Shown here one piece after another: positions 14,410 through 28,729 of a stretch of DNA of 64,000 bases. The notes beneath the pieces are model-generated. The model was not told the DNA's origin. It worked only from the letters and a program-made list of their open reading frames with translations, and ran no database searches. The translations under genes were made by a program, and so were the position numbers. Source of the stretch: the human T2T-CHM13v2.0 reference genome, Homo sapiens; the NCBI RefSeq assembly GCF_009914755.1, contig NC_060925.1. One strand, given 5' to 3'. Position 1 is the first letter of the stretch. Each line of letters starts with the position of its first letter.

Positions 14410-14556
14410 TATTCATAACAGAATGAAAGTGAAAAAAGCAAACTAGTATTATGACAATGGTTTTGATCTGGAGAAACATCTGAAAGGATCTTGGGGACTC
14501 CTGAAAGAGTCCTGTGTACCCCAGTAGTCCCCAGATAATACTTTGAGGACTATTGT
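14410..14556 (-). mobile_element. Charlie1-like (hAT) terminal fragment
   Basis: Reverse complement resembles CAG..TCTCAAAGT..GGGGAC..CCTTTCAG..TCAAAAC..TCATAATACTA. Confidence 0.55.
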
Positions 14557-16820
14557 GAAATGGCAGTTATGCAATACGTGATATAATGATTCAGTGGTGT
14601 CACATCAGCTTAAGCTGTATTTTCATGCAATGGGGGGTGTGCTTATTGCATAAGTAAGTCTGTTGGATGTTTCTCTTACTTGTGAAGAATCAATATTACA
14701 TTGATTGCCAAATTTGATTTTTCAAGTCCCCTACACACTGTCGTAAAGCAGATGGTAAAGACAGAATACCTCTGAAAAGTCAAACTCATGTCAGCTAAAT
14801 TGATAGATTTATCTTAGCATCGAAAGCCATGTCACTCAGTCCCCTCCTACTCAACCCCAATATAAAAACCGAAACAGTGATGGAATTTCCAGAGCATTTG
14901 TTTACTCCCTTTAACTACCATTGCTCTTTGCTGAGTGATGATGCAGGGCAGATGGTGTCAGGGAGAGAAATCATCAACTAGCTCAGGATTGAAAGGGGAT
15001 GAAGATGCTGGAAATGTGTTGATGTTTGAGAAGGATGTGTGGAAATGAAGAAGTGACTAAAGAGGACAGCCTTATCACCAACAACATAAGCATATCCCTT
15101 GCTCTTTAATTCTGCCCCAGAGGGAAAGGAACAGGGCTTCAGTCTCAAATGAGAGAGCCACTTTTCTAGTCTGGGGTAAAGATATCATGCATACCTTTCC
15201 TTCCTTCCCCTCCACTGTGATAGATCTGAGAAGTGATGAAAGCCAAGAAATATTGAGCTGTTGGATTTTTTTTACTAAATGCTATGTATGCCAAGGGTTA
15301 TTTGCTTAATATCCTTCATCTTGGATCAAAATGGTGAGAAATTTAAAACCGAGAATTTCCCTGAAACACTGGTTTTTAAACCTTCTCTAGTGAAGGTTTT
15401 TTTTTTTTTTTTAAATTTTCAATTACTTGCAGATCAATGCAAGGTCCTATTGCACGCCTGAGCAGTTTGCAACTTGCATGGCATGAGACTCACCTTATGA
15501 GTTCAGCAGCACTCAAACTGGTCTAAACACTTGAACAAGACAGACTAGTCCACTGATCAGGGCTTGGATGTCATAGCAGTGTCAAATTGCTACAAGGGCT
15601 TCCAACTGCTTACTCTTTGTTTCTGTATTTTTGTCATTATACACTAGTAAACAAGCAGTTCTGGGACCTGAAGCAATGCTCTGTTATTGGCCATCACAAA
15701 TGTAAGGTTGAATTTGCCACATGCACTGTCTAGTCAAGGTTAATTATTCCTAGACAACTATGACTTGCCATCTGTGTAGCTGTTGCTAGATGCACAAGTA
15801 GAATTAGTTATGGTAGTGTGGGCTCATCAGGTAGAACCATTCAAAGTGTATATCACTTATATCTCATAGATTAGAACACATGGTCCAGATACTTATTAAA
15901 TTATTGGATAGATCAAATTACCATTAACTATACCTCTAACACAGAGGCTATCATCTGTGTGAATATACAGATGATAGAACATACAGAACAAGAACATGCA
16001 GGCTCAATATTTGTCACTAAAGTTATTTTATCATTAATTATTTTCAACATAATCTAATTTTCTTCTACAATCTGGAAAATATTTGGATTTTTTGGCATGC
16101 TGCATGTCTGCTTCTTTATAGTGCCTTCTTTCAAATACCTGAATCATAAATGAAGAAAAAAAAACTTGAGAAAGATACAGTTGTTGACATTTCAACCTTC
16201 TTGCTCTTTTCAAAACCACCTTACCTGCTAACTTCTGTTGCCTCTCCCCACCAGAGATGATTATTAATTTTTTCTTTCACATGGCTCAACTGGTCTGACA
16301 CTCTTGGAAAACAAATATTTGTTTCCAGCCCATGGAAACACACATAGTGTACTCAAGCCAGAAGTTCTGAGAAAGCACACTGTCAGGTGCTGCTACTCCT
16401 TTGGAGAACCTGGCTCCCATGAAAACATCTGAAATATAGTTCCGTAACATCATCTATTATTAAAAGATAATTTTTATTGCCTTGAAATTTCTCCTTGAAG
16501 AGTATTTCCTTACTGAAGTGTTTTATGTTTAACTTGTCAAAAATTAAGGAAGGCATGAAAGTTGCCTTATGGAACTGAAGGACTCGCATTCTGCGTTGTC
16601 TTTCCAGAGGACTGAATTAGTAATGTGTAAAAGTGGCTCAGAAAAAGATATCAGCATATCATCAGGAAGAGGTTTTTAATACTCTTAAGATTTTATGTAT
16701 TACATATATAGTATATATTTTTAGTATAGCTTTTTAAAAATAGAATGGGCAACTTGTGAGTTAGCAAGCCTCCCCCCATTTCCAGAGCACTTTAGCAGAA
16801 GCTAGATAACAACTTATTGG

Positions 16821-16943
16821 TAGGGTGTCCTAATTTATCATCACTCTTGAGAGTAAAAGGGGACAGTATTAATAATTAGTGTGGGACAGCACTTGGCAAT
16901 AAACTGGGACTGTCTGGGCAAAAAGAAACAAATGGTAAATCCT
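16821..16943. mobile_element. MER81/BLACKJACK-type MITE
   Basis: TAGGGTGTCC ... AAACTGGGACTGTCTGGGCAAA ... ATGGTAAATCCTA with degenerate TIRs. Confidence 0.55.
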
Positions 16944-17230
16944 ACCTGTGAATGATGTCATAGAAGAGAGTCCTGCCTGATGGGGGAATTTGGCTTAGGT
17001 GACCCCTATAGTATATACTCACTTGACTATTTTCTGCACTACCATTTCCTCATAACTTTTTCCGATAACTTATTTTGCTAATATTCTCTAAACAGGAAGA
17101 AGTTTGAAATGCATTATTAAGGATTAGATTTTAAATTATGTTTAGGAAGATTTATGTGTAAATTGTGTTATAATTCTTTTAAATCCTGTAACACAAATTA
17201 GCTTGTAATAATCACAGAAAAAAAATCTTA

Positions 17231-17231
<1 letters not shown>

Positions 17232-17272
<41 letters not shown>
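17232..17272 (+). repeat. (TG)20 microsatellite
   Basis: Pure TG run read directly. Confidence 0.97.
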
Positions 17273-17275
<3 letters not shown>

Positions 17276-19008
17276 GGACTATGTTCCAGCTGGCCTTATT
17301 GAGTGAGTGTTCTTGTTAATTATAAACCAGTCTTGAGTGTGATACCACTGTTTATTATTGATACCTTCAACCTGCTTCTGAGATTCTTCTTATGAGTTAG
17401 AGTATCCCCAGAATCCTAAATGGGGAACCTCACTTCCATATTAGATAAGCTGATGTCAATTACAATAAAGAGTATGAGAATTATAAGTTAGACAAAAGGC
17501 AAGATAGTTCCTTTGAGAGGAAAGCATGCCTTACAACTCTATGAGTTGTTTGGAAAGTTAAGTATTTGTGACAATAATGAATGAATAAGTACATATTTAA
17601 GCTTTCAAATAGCCATTGACAAAAATCTGAATCATGGTGGAATTCAAAAAAAGTTCATTATGTTTTCTTTAAAAAAATATGTGGCTAGAAAACTGTCTCT
17701 GAGAAAGATTAAGGGTAGAAATTATTCAACCTATAAGTGCTTTATTGAGCATCTGTTATGTATTAGGCTCTGAGGTAGGAGCTAATGGGTACAAAAATGG
17801 TCCTTGTCCTCTGCATTCATGACTCTAGTAGTGTATTGGAAAGAGATGGATATTTCTGTTAATGATATAGTATAACAAATGAGATTTCTCATGATCCTAA
17901 TTTTCTAGATTTCTAGGACTCTAACCAGCCTTAACGTTTGTATAAGTAATCAGAAATACTTTGCAAAAACTCATATTTTGCAGATCAGGCTCACTTGGGT
18001 AGTGAAAAGACAATCTTTAGAGGATTTCACAGCGTTTTAGTAGTGAGCAGGAAAATGGCAGACTAATTGAAATGTGGAAAAACCTGAGGTGTCATGTAAA
18101 TTTAGAGGAAAATGGTCCAAACTGTAGTCATAGATTCTTGGAGTCTGATCAAAGGCAGTGAGTGTAGGAGTCTCTGTAGACTAGTTCTGAAAGTATCTAT
18201 GCAATGTGTTGATGTGGTCAAGTAGACATCATCAAGAATAGAAAACACACTACTGATGTACAAAATTATGGTGTTTTATAACCTAACACATTATATATTA
18301 AAAAGTTGCCAGTCAATTGCAAAAAAAGGTGTAATATAACCAGAAAAGATTCTGTAAATAATAATTAAAATAATTGATGAGGTAAGAGAATTATCTTTTA
18401 TGAAAATAGCGAAAGCATTAGGATTCTTCATTATGAAAAGATGAGATGTGTTTTCAAGTGTTAATGTCATTGAATTATGTGACTGTGATTTTCCCCCAAA
18501 TTGAAAACTACTAGAATAAGAAGCCTTGAATAAAAAAATATAGGCTGCACTGAAGTTCTGTCAATTATATTCCTAATAGATTACATTAGCCCTGAGAGGT
18601 GGTACAGATACTTCCCAAACAATTTATATAAAATTATGACTGCATAAAAAATTAGTCTGTTCCTAAAGGAAAGCATCTCTGAAAGCATCTCTCAGCTCAG
18701 AGATTCATTGCAAGGAAAACCTCTCTGCCTTTCCTGATGTTTTCTGTTATATAAATACAGTTGAAGTGAACACTTGGTTTGACCCATAATTCTACTTTTT
18801 TTGTATTCTGTTCAAGGTACAAGAGAATCAAAATGACAAAGCACTTATGAAGAATGCGCCAGTCTATTTTCCTTAGGTGTATAAATAGCTATGGTTTTTT
18901 TTCTGCCCAAAGTCAATATTTCAAGTATTTTCTTACTTTACTAATGCTGTCACAACTCATCATTTATAGCCCCTTCAAAGGGCCATTAGTGTTTCACAAT
19001 ATGTAATG

Positions 19009-19225
19009 CAGGGGTGCCCAATCTTTTGGTTTCCCTGGCCACATTGGAAGAAGAATTGTCTTGGGCCACACATAAAATACACTAAAACTAACAATAGCTG
19101 ATGAGCTAAAAAAAATTGCAAGAAAACCTCACAATGTTTTAAGAAAGTTTACGAATTCATGTTGGACCACATCCAAAGCCATCCTGGGCCTCATGCAGCC
19201 GTGGGCCACAGGTTGGACAAGTTTG
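19009..19225 (+). mobile_element. MER30 (hAT-Charlie MITE)
   Basis: CAGGGGTGCCCAATCTTTTGG...GGCCACACATAAAATACACT...GGTTGGACAAGTTTG; near-complete. Confidence 0.9.
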
Positions 19226-20239
19226 AATTGTAACAAATGTAGTCACCTTCAGGGAAGCACTCACTATACATTTTTTGCCATGCCACTGGGGAGAAGGCAA
19301 GTGTGTGATTCACTAGCCCTTTAGCTCATAAACATCCCTGCTGTGTCCTGCCTTCAGTTAAAAATCAGGAATATCAGCATGTGACTTGTTGCATAAGTAT
19401 ACAAACTCAGCCAGTGTCTCATTGTACCATTTACTTCACTGCCTCTAAAGTTCTGTGGCATTTCCATAACAAACCCCAGCACATGCTGACTAGAGAAGAA
19501 CCCCAGCAGACCACAGTGATTGACTTAATTTGGAGGTTAAAATGTTCTTTCTCTGGTAGTTTCTATTATCACTGCGACTTTTCCCGGGACACAAGATCAG
19601 TCTCCCCATGCTTAACCCAGAGGAGTTAGGCCAGTTTTCTGTTGCTGAAATTCACTTTGCTTATTTTCACTAGCAAACTGGTTTCATAAGCATAATCTTG
19701 CCAGACTGTATGTCATTTTTCTCCCTTTATTGTAGGAAATGATTGAGTGTGTGTGTTGAGGAAACGATTGATGCTTTGCCACCTTTGGAGGGAGCAATTA
19801 TTTTGTGAGAAAGCTTGAGAATAATTAATTTATGTTGGATTGAAAAATAATTGGAAGCATTTTTCAGTTCCTTTTAATACACAGATTCTTATAGTAAAAG
19901 CATATTCATTTGAAATACACAAACTTTAGAAAACTATTTAATTGAGTAGATTTGGATAGTGGACTATTGTACCCCAAAAAGGGTCTCTTATGTCTATACA
20001 TTTGCACAGAATACTAGTGTATGGGTGTTTGCACTTGAATAATTCCCAAATTGGCACAAATTAATTAGCAAATGCATGTGCTTGGTTCTTTTACATTGCT
20101 GTTGTCAATATCATCAATCTTGATTTCCAGCAAGATCCTGAACACCTTAGTCACGAATTTTATCGTGAAAATGTTAAGTGCGCTTGTTCCATCTATATGC
20201 TGTTGACCCTAAAGGTACACATCCAACTCTGATTACTCT

Positions 20240-21156
20240 TCTGGGCTTCAAATCTATATCCAGGCTTCTTCCTACCAACCCCAGCTTAAAATTAAACTCT
20301 TGGTCTTTCCACCCAGACATGCTCCTCCAATCTCCCAGTTGCTCATGCTGGAAACTTAAACATCACCTTGGATTTTTCTCTTGCCTTCACTTTCCGCACC
20401 CAGTTTCTCAGAAACATATGATGGCTCTGCCTTGGATATATATTTAGAATTCAGCCTCTTCTTTCTTACCCCTTGGCCTCATCGGCCTAGTCATCTCTTT
20501 GACTTTGGCAGTAGCCTCCTCCTTGCTGTTGTCATCCTGCAGTTAGTGTGTTCTTCATGCAGCAACCAGAGTGGTATTTTTTAAAAAATAGATCAGATCC
20601 TATCAGACCCCTCTGCTTAAAGTCCGTGTATTTTTCCATCAAGCTGACAAAAAAATTCAAATTTATCATGGCCTATGAGCCCCTCCATTGTCTGGCTTCT
20701 GGCTCCTTCTCTGAACTCATTTCTGAGTCTCCGCATTGTTCACCCTGCTCCAGTGATACTGGCCTCCTTACTGCTTCTTGAATATGTTGAGCTTGTTCCT
20801 GTCTGAGGGCCTTTGCATTCACCAGGAATATTCTTTCCCAGAAACTCCCGTGAGTCATGCCCCACCCCCTCAGTTCATGTCTGTTTTCAAATGCCACCAC
20901 CTCATTTTCTGACCACCCTATCTAAAGAGGCACCTTCATCACTCTGTTCTTTTATCCTGCTCTATTTTGTTCATGACACTTATTACTTTTTGATATTTTT
21001 ATTCATTGTTGTTTGCTTTGTCTTCTCCATTTTAGTATAAGTTCAGTGAAGGCAAAAATTTAATCTTTTTTAAAAAATTTATTCACTGCTCTATCCTGAG
21101 GGCCTAGAACACTGCCTAGCATATGGTAGTTATTCAGGAATGAAGGAATGAATGAG
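20240..21156 (+). mobile_element. L2 3' region
   Basis: GCAGCAACCAGAGTG, GAGGGCCTTTGCA, GCCTAGAACACTGCCTAGCATATGGTAG..GAATGAATGA. Confidence 0.8.
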
Positions 21157-21752
21157 CATGTGAGTGAATACATGTTAGTCTTGATTATGAATATGCTACA
21201 GCTTACTTCTTACTGGATTTTTTCTCTCAGTTTTAAGCTTCAACCGATTTATTTAATGATAACTACATGTTTTGTGAGGATATAAAAATGGTACTGAATA
21301 ATTACATGGCACTTTGTACTTTACATTCTGCTTTTACATACATTGTTTTATTGTGTTAAATGTTTAAGAAATCATCCAAAGAAATTCCAGGCTAGTAATA
21401 CAAAGACAAAAAGAAAAACATTTATGAAAATCTTATAAGGAGCATCACTGAAACTCAAATTCATGAAAATTAATAGTATCCAGATTTTAGAAATACACAC
21501 ATGCATGCATACATGCACACACAGAGTGAGAGATGAAAGGAATGGTTCAAGCCAAGCATCAATAATTAAGTTATCCTGAAATATTGTAAATGGGTGAAAG
21601 GACTAGATAAAAGTGGCATTCCACATCTGGAGATTGGAATATGGGAAGTCATGGTCAGAGACAGACAATTATGTTCAAGGAACAGCAAGTTTTGCTTTGA
21701 TGGAAAGAGACTCTTTATAACTGGAAGTTATGAAAAACTAAATGTGATAATA

Positions 21753-21753
<1 letters not shown>

Positions 21754-21785
<32 letters not shown>
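21754..21785 (+). repeat. (TG)n microsatellite, one interruption
   Basis: Direct reading. Confidence 0.9.
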
Positions 21786-21786
<1 letters not shown>

Positions 21787-22470
21787 TAATGGAGAGAGTG
21801 TGATAGCAGAATTAAATTGTGGGAAGTTTTAAAGCTATAGAACAAGACACTCCTCCAGATTTTCAGAAGAGAACTGACAGAAGTATAGAGAAGGATATAC
21901 TACTTAATGAAATACAGAGTGGATTGAAAGGAGGTAAGGTAAGACACGGAAAGGAACTGAGGAGATTGCTGAAATGTTTCAAGAGATGGAAAAATGACAG
22001 AGTTCCAGATGAACTCTACACTTGAAATCGATTTCTTTCTCCATGGTTCACAAATGAATCATCACAATGGCAATCTCAAGATGAGAGTAACCAGGAAAAT
22101 CCTACCCCAATGGAGATTAAGTAATCTGTGAGCTGACACCCCCATTTTCCCCAACATAAGCATTCTTGAGCCATATGGAGCTCTAATAGAAGGAAACACA
22201 TTTCCTGGATCAGCTCTTTGCCTCTACAAAGTAGCTTAGAGCCCAAATTATTGATATATATAATTTAGTACTATAAGTTACTTAATAGCTGTCGTATTTA
22301 ATATAAGTAATTATTGTTACTTTTTAAAATATACCAATGAACTTGATCTTAGGATTTTTTTTCAGTGACTCGAGCTGGTTTGCAGACCCCACTCCATAAT
22401 TATAGACTTCTGTTCTTAAATGTTAGCTTCTTTGTTTGGCAGTATTATACTTGTTTCTTTCTCACTGAGA

Positions 22471-22629
22471 TAAATGTTCCTAACAAAAAGAGATAATAAA
22501 TGTTTTGGGTGATGGATAGTCCGGTTACACTGATTTGATCATTATACATTGAATACTTGTATCAAAATATCACAGTACCCCATAAATATGTATAACTCTT
22601 ATGTATTTACAAAAATTAAAAAAGAAAAA
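22471..22629 (+). mobile_element. L1MA-type 3' terminal fragment
   Basis: GGTGATGGATA..CTGATTTGATCATTATACATTG..AAAATATCAC..TACCCCATAAATATGTA followed by an A-tail. Confidence 0.8.
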
Positions 22630-22994
22630 TCTAACATATAATTTTTGGTCCTCCCAATTCTTTGCTCTGAAATTTCTAAATTATATAACATTGGCATTGA
22701 AAGAGACCAAGAGATGTCATATCCCACCTGTAGGCAAGACCATATCTAAAATACATTAGCAAGATGAAAAGCTATTGCAGTACTTGCTTCTAAGACTGCT
22801 TAGCCCAGTGTTTCCACCAAACTCAGGGCAGAGCTATGGAGGAGCTGAAGTTTGTGTTTTGTCTTGTCCGTTGCTCATCCTCGCCGCTCATTCTGTCTAC
22901 CTCCTTCTTTGATCTTCCTTTCTCAGTTAATTACATCATCTGGAAATATGGCCTTGTGAACTAATCACTTTCTCCAGGAACATTTCCATTTTAA

Positions 22995-23217
22995 TAATAA
23001 TCACTACCAGTCACCATGCTAAATGCTTTGCATGCATTATTTCAAATTCTTAAAACAACCCTCTTAGTACTATCCCCATTTAACAACAAAGAAATTGAGT
23101 CCCCGAGAACTTAAGTAACTTGGTTCAAAGTCACAGACTAGCACACATAATTAACAAGTATCAGGGTTTGAATTTCTCTATCTGATTGCAATGTCTACAT
23201 TCCTTCCATCACATCAT
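22995..23217 (-). mobile_element. MIR
   Basis: TGCTAAATGCTTTGCATGCATTATTTCA..AACAACCCT..TATCCCCATTT..TTAAGTAACTTG..AAAGTCACA. Confidence 0.75.
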
Positions 23218-24165
23218 ACTAATTCTTATAGAAACCTAAAGCCCTCAAGACTTAAAAAAATGAAATTTCCAGAAGCTTACTTAACTAGCTGGTGAAAAAT
23301 TTGATAAGGGGATAAGGATATTCCAGATGGGATATCTCTGTTTATCTACTCCACATATTTAAAAGTCAGTCTGACTTTATCTGTGTCAGGAAGCACCTTT
23401 TGTTAAACCACTGTGATGCTGGGCTTAACTCTACTTGGAGAGAGTCTTAGGTTCCTTGTTTGTCAGTATAGTTCATCAGTCTTCTTTGGCAACTATACCC
23501 CAGTGGACATCCACATGTGTTCCTCATAAGAGAAGAAAAGTACAGTCCTTCAGTTCAGGCACATGGACAGCTTATGTGACTGTCTTAGGCTTCAGGCTTT
23601 ACCTTTGGGTGGGACATATTTTTATGCCCACACAGTTCCATCAAGTAGCATCGCATCAACTTGCACCTGTTTTACTCCAGAACTTCTTCCTTTCCAGGTT
23701 CCAGCCATCTTAGAGCGTTGCTAGTTACTGACAATCAGGCAGATCTGATTGTCAGAGGCTTCTTTGCATTATCAGAAAATTATCCTTCATATCCTTGTGC
23801 CACATTGTCAGTTTCTTCTCATTTTTTTCCTCAATGGCAATGGCTAAAACGCCAGGGGCTCCATATTGCTTCAGACAGTACTTCATCTGCTGCTGTCATC
23901 TTGCAGATATCTTCCCTTGGCCTTTTAGCCTCATCTCTCTTCTCTTTAGTCACTTTGGAGGCTTTCTCCAGCTCCTTCCCACTGTGCCCCACCTCTTTAT
24001 TTAGTTCCTAGAACTGGACACAGTGGTTGGCAGGACTTGACCAACACAGGGCACAAGACAGCAGTTACCTTATATTCTTTCTTGTGGCTAATTTCTCCAT
24101 TGCCATTTCCTGAAGCCTTTTCAGTCATTCCTCAAGTATATTCATTCCTATAGAAAACCAAGTCA

Positions 24166-24529
<364 letters not shown>

Positions 24530-25155
24530 CTAAATTTAGCAGGGAAGAGGCAGATTTCCCTAGGAAAGTGCTATGTTGTCTCCTTCCTCAGCTAAGTTTT
24601 TATAAAAGGTTGCCTTTGGGTTTTCGTTGTGGTTAAAAATGTGCAATTGCTTGTTTTGCAATAGGTTTTGTTCTGTGTTGCTACAATTTTCTCTTTTATA
24701 TATTGTTTTTGCTTACAATTAAATCCAGGAAAATGTGGAAGAAAAAGAAGTGAAATAATCTCACAGCTGCTACGTTTTCCTGGAAGGCAAAGACACCTCC
24801 ATTTTAAAGTTAGTTTTAAAACATGAAATCATTGTTCTTTGAAACAGCCATCTGGTCAAAGACCCCTTTGTAGAGTACATTTTTAAACAACAATTTTTAA
24901 AAACCACTAGGAGCTTTGTAAATATTTTCTTTATCTGGGTTATGAATTATTTTCAGCCTTTTGAGTAATTGTTAAAATGATGAAACTTACTGGAATAAAA
25001 CAGATGTCTGTTTTTTGTTTTGTTTTTAGGGGAAAGAGGAAAATGTCATTGGGATATTGAGATTTACTTGGTACCTTGACAGTGAAATCTGAATAAATGG
25101 TTGTTAGTGTCCTTCTTAGCAATCCATTTACCATCCTTTTTTTTCTCTCTGTAAT

Positions 25156-25276
25156 GCCAGAATATAAGCTTCATGAGAATAGCAACCTTATCTCTGTTCA
25201 TCGCTATGTACCCCTAAGGGCCTAGCACAATGCCTGGCACATAGCTTCTCAAGACATGTTTATCAAACAAATAAAT
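25156..25276 (+). mobile_element. L2 3' end
   Basis: AAGCTTCATGAG..GGCCTAGCACAATGCCTGGCACATAG. Confidence 0.7.
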
Positions 25277-28200
25277 CAAGAAATGAATACCATAGGAACA
25301 TTATACAGAATGACTTTTCATGTAATCAGTTACATAATTCATTTGTCCTTCCATTTTCTTCTACAGAGACACTTGGCATGGAAGTCTCCCTTAATAGAAA
25401 CTTTCAGGTTGAAGATATGCCTAAAAATTGCTACCGTTTTTACTAGTCCATTACGGTTCTCTTATCCATGATTTTTATGTAAATCAACTCTAAATTGTTT
25501 ATACTTTTACCACCTCTGAGGACAATAAATCCCACAAATAGAAGGGAGTTATGGTTCAACTCAATGGATGTATAAGTAAGGCATTAAGTGAATACAGAGG
25601 GAGAATAATTTATGCAATTATTGCTAAGTGGGCTAGACTCAGAGGAAGGAATATTCCAGTTGAGGCTGTAAGGGTGAGTAGAAATTTACCAGGTGGTGAA
25701 GCAGTCAGGGGAATAGAGGCAACAATGCATGAAAAGTCTTAAAGGGATGAAGGGCATGCCATACAGTCCCTCACCTCAGGACCATCACCAGCACTGTCAT
25801 CATCTGTCTGCTGAAATATCACTCATGCAAAACACAGGCTGCCACTGAAGTGCATGATTTTTTAAAATTGAGAATGATATTTTTTCTTTGAAGAGTCGGT
25901 TATATCCATTATTTTAAAAACTGTCAGTTCACCTGAAACAGCCTCCCCAAACGAATCACTCTATAGCCAAGCCTCATGGAGACCAGGTTTTTACCAACTT
26001 TTTGCAGCAAGACTACTTATGTGGCCCAGACTTTGGGCCATGAATAATTTTGTGCAAAACTCACCCCATCCCAATCTCACTGAATGTTAGCAGTGGGGTG
26101 CTGCAGAGTCTGAATGAAGGTGGCGGTGGTGTTGGTGATTTCCCTGGGTGGGGCCAGGGGACACAGCATCTTGGGCCCAAGCACATCTTAGGCAACCCTA
26201 TCCGCAAAGGCCCAAACTTCCCAGATGCATCCAAGACATCTTTTTGAAGCCTCAGACAGAGCAGTAGTATGAAGACCTATTTTTCCATGTAATAAAGGCT
26301 CATATAAAACTTTTCAAAATCAGTTCAAGGAACTCACTTTGATATGACTTGACATGAATTTAAATAACAACAATAATAATACCAAGAGGTAATAATTTAG
26401 AAATAATTTGAAAGCCGAGTTTTGTGGGGAACCATTACATAAAACCATTGGCACCATGATCCTACCACTCTCATTCTTCTGAAATTTTCCTCCACCCTTT
26501 TCTGTTTCACAGTATCTTAATGTTGATAAACTAACACAGACAGCCCCAACGCAGTCCCAGGCTCTTAGAGCTCGCATCTAACTCCCTCTGGGTGTTTGTG
26601 GGATAACATGAATCTGCAACTGTCCATATGATTTCACGATTGTTGTTTTTTGGCTTCTTGACCTACGTTATGCCTTCTGGGATAAGATGCTGCTTGCCTT
26701 GCATTGATAGTTCCTCAAAGATCTTATTTTTTAGAACTTTTAAAGTGAGTTATTTATATATATATATATATACTATTATCATTTAGTCATTAACTCAAAT
26801 GAAAGATCCCACACAGAGTAATTTTTATACATAGTAAATATGGAAGGAAGAGGCCAAGCTAGCACAGACTGGGCAGCAATTTTTCCTGTCATGTGAAAAG
26901 TCATGGCATGGGTGGACCAATGGCCTCTCTCTCTATTTATTCCTCTGATTTCAGAAATGCTGAGTTTCAGCAGGCTATTACCATATATTCTGACCTAATA
27001 AATGAGACAGACTGAGAATAATTGTGGTTCTCTCTGCTTTCTTCACCAGTTCCTTTTATTCCATTCCACTCCTTTCATTGCTTTGCGCTAAATGAAATTT
27101 GGATTGCAACAACAACTTTTTAAAAATGACATTGTAATATTGGCTAATTTGCCTGGTATTGGTTATGCCCAAGTAGACACATGACCTGTGGCTGTTTGGC
27201 TTGTCCCCCTATGGGAAAATAGTTTAATGAAGCTAATACGTTGTACTAAAATAAAATAAATTCACATGGCACCCAGCATCACAGCCACAAGCAACATGGT
27301 TATTATTTATTACCCTGAGACACCAGCCCCACATCTCCAACTGCCTACTGGGCATTTTCACTGTGAGGGCCTTCTGTCGCTTCCTCTTTAATCCATCTGG
27401 AACCAAAACCATCACCCTCCTTTCAAAGCCATGCCTCACTATTGGAGTTTTAGGGGGCCAATTAATCATACCAGTTACTTCCCCTGTCTAGTTAAAATTG
27501 TTGCTGTTGCTGTTTTTAGAAGCAGTACACAAAAAGCAAACAGATAAGGCATGAAACAAATAGATCCAGATCTGTGGCCAAATGTCTTGCTCATACTTCA
27601 ACTCCCAGTAATCACAACCACAGCTGAGCAACCACAGACCTCTACCAGAGGGCAGAGCTCATCAGAACATCTTGGAATAGGAGAGAAATGCCTGTGTCCT
27701 GCAGGCACGTCTTGCTCAATTTCTCCTTTATAGCTCACCAGTCAAATCAGCCAGTCCTCCTCTTTTGAGGGGAAGAAAATGAAGGCTAAGGAAAAGGGGC
27801 CAAGAGCTGAAGTCCCTTCAAGAGGCCAGGAGATCAAGTTCCCACTAACTCATCACTCCCGCATTTTCTATTTTTGTTTAGATATTTTCTTTGTTTATAT
27901 GACATCAAATTATTTTAGCATTTGGGGATGAGAAAAAATAGTTAGATATTAAACATCCTATATTGTGAGAGGTTTCTACCATTTAAATTGTAATCTATTT
28001 TCTTTATGACCTTTTTCACCATAAATAAGACCCCCACAGTTATAACCAAAATTCACACTTTCAGCTCATTACTTGTTACTGTGATTAATGCTGACAAGGA
28101 CCTGGCACCATGGCCATTGGCAGCCAGAGAAGGTCAGGACTAGTGGTGACTCAGCTGACTCTGCAGCTGCACTTACAGTAAATGTGTTTTGCAATGCTCT

Positions 28201-28456
28201 TATATTTAAAAATATTTTCTACAAATTTTTAATTCTTATTTAATTTTCTATTCATGTTTTATTATCATTTGCTCTTTGCTATATCAAGAGAAGGAAATAA
28301 CAGATCAAATATCAAATCAACTGAGGTCCAAAAAACTCGTCCCTTTGGCAATGAATCATGGTACTTTGAGACAACAGGCAACGGTCAACCTCCAATTTGA
28401 ATGGTTGTTGCATTGATCTTTGAGGATGCTATAGAAAGATAAGGAAAAAAGTATTT

Positions 28457-28489
28457 ATAATATATATAAAATATATATATATATACACA

Positions 28490-28522
<33 letters not shown>

Positions 28523-28670
28523 TTTTTGAGACAAGATCTTGCTCTGTTGCCAGGCTGTGGTACAGTGGCACTATCACAGCTTATTTGCAGCCTCTAACTC
28601 CTGGGCTCAAGCCATCCTCCTGCCTCAGCCTCCCAAAGTGATAGGATTACATGAGCCACTGTGTCTGACC
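28457..28670 (-). mobile_element. Alu monomer (FRAM/FLAM type) whose tail became (TA)n(CA)n
   Basis: Alu body 28522-28670; TSD-like AAGGAAAA(AA)GTATTT at 28441-28456 and 28671-28684. Confidence 0.8.
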
Positions 28671-28729
28671 AAGGAAAAGTATTTTAAATAAATGAGGGAT
28701 ACTAAGCTAATTCAACCATTGGCGAACAC

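Noticed and set aside
18669-18692. 12-bp tandem duplication GAAAGCATCTCT x2 (similar 14-bp pair at 9720-9733 and 9743-9756)
   Set aside because: Ordinary small slippage duplications.
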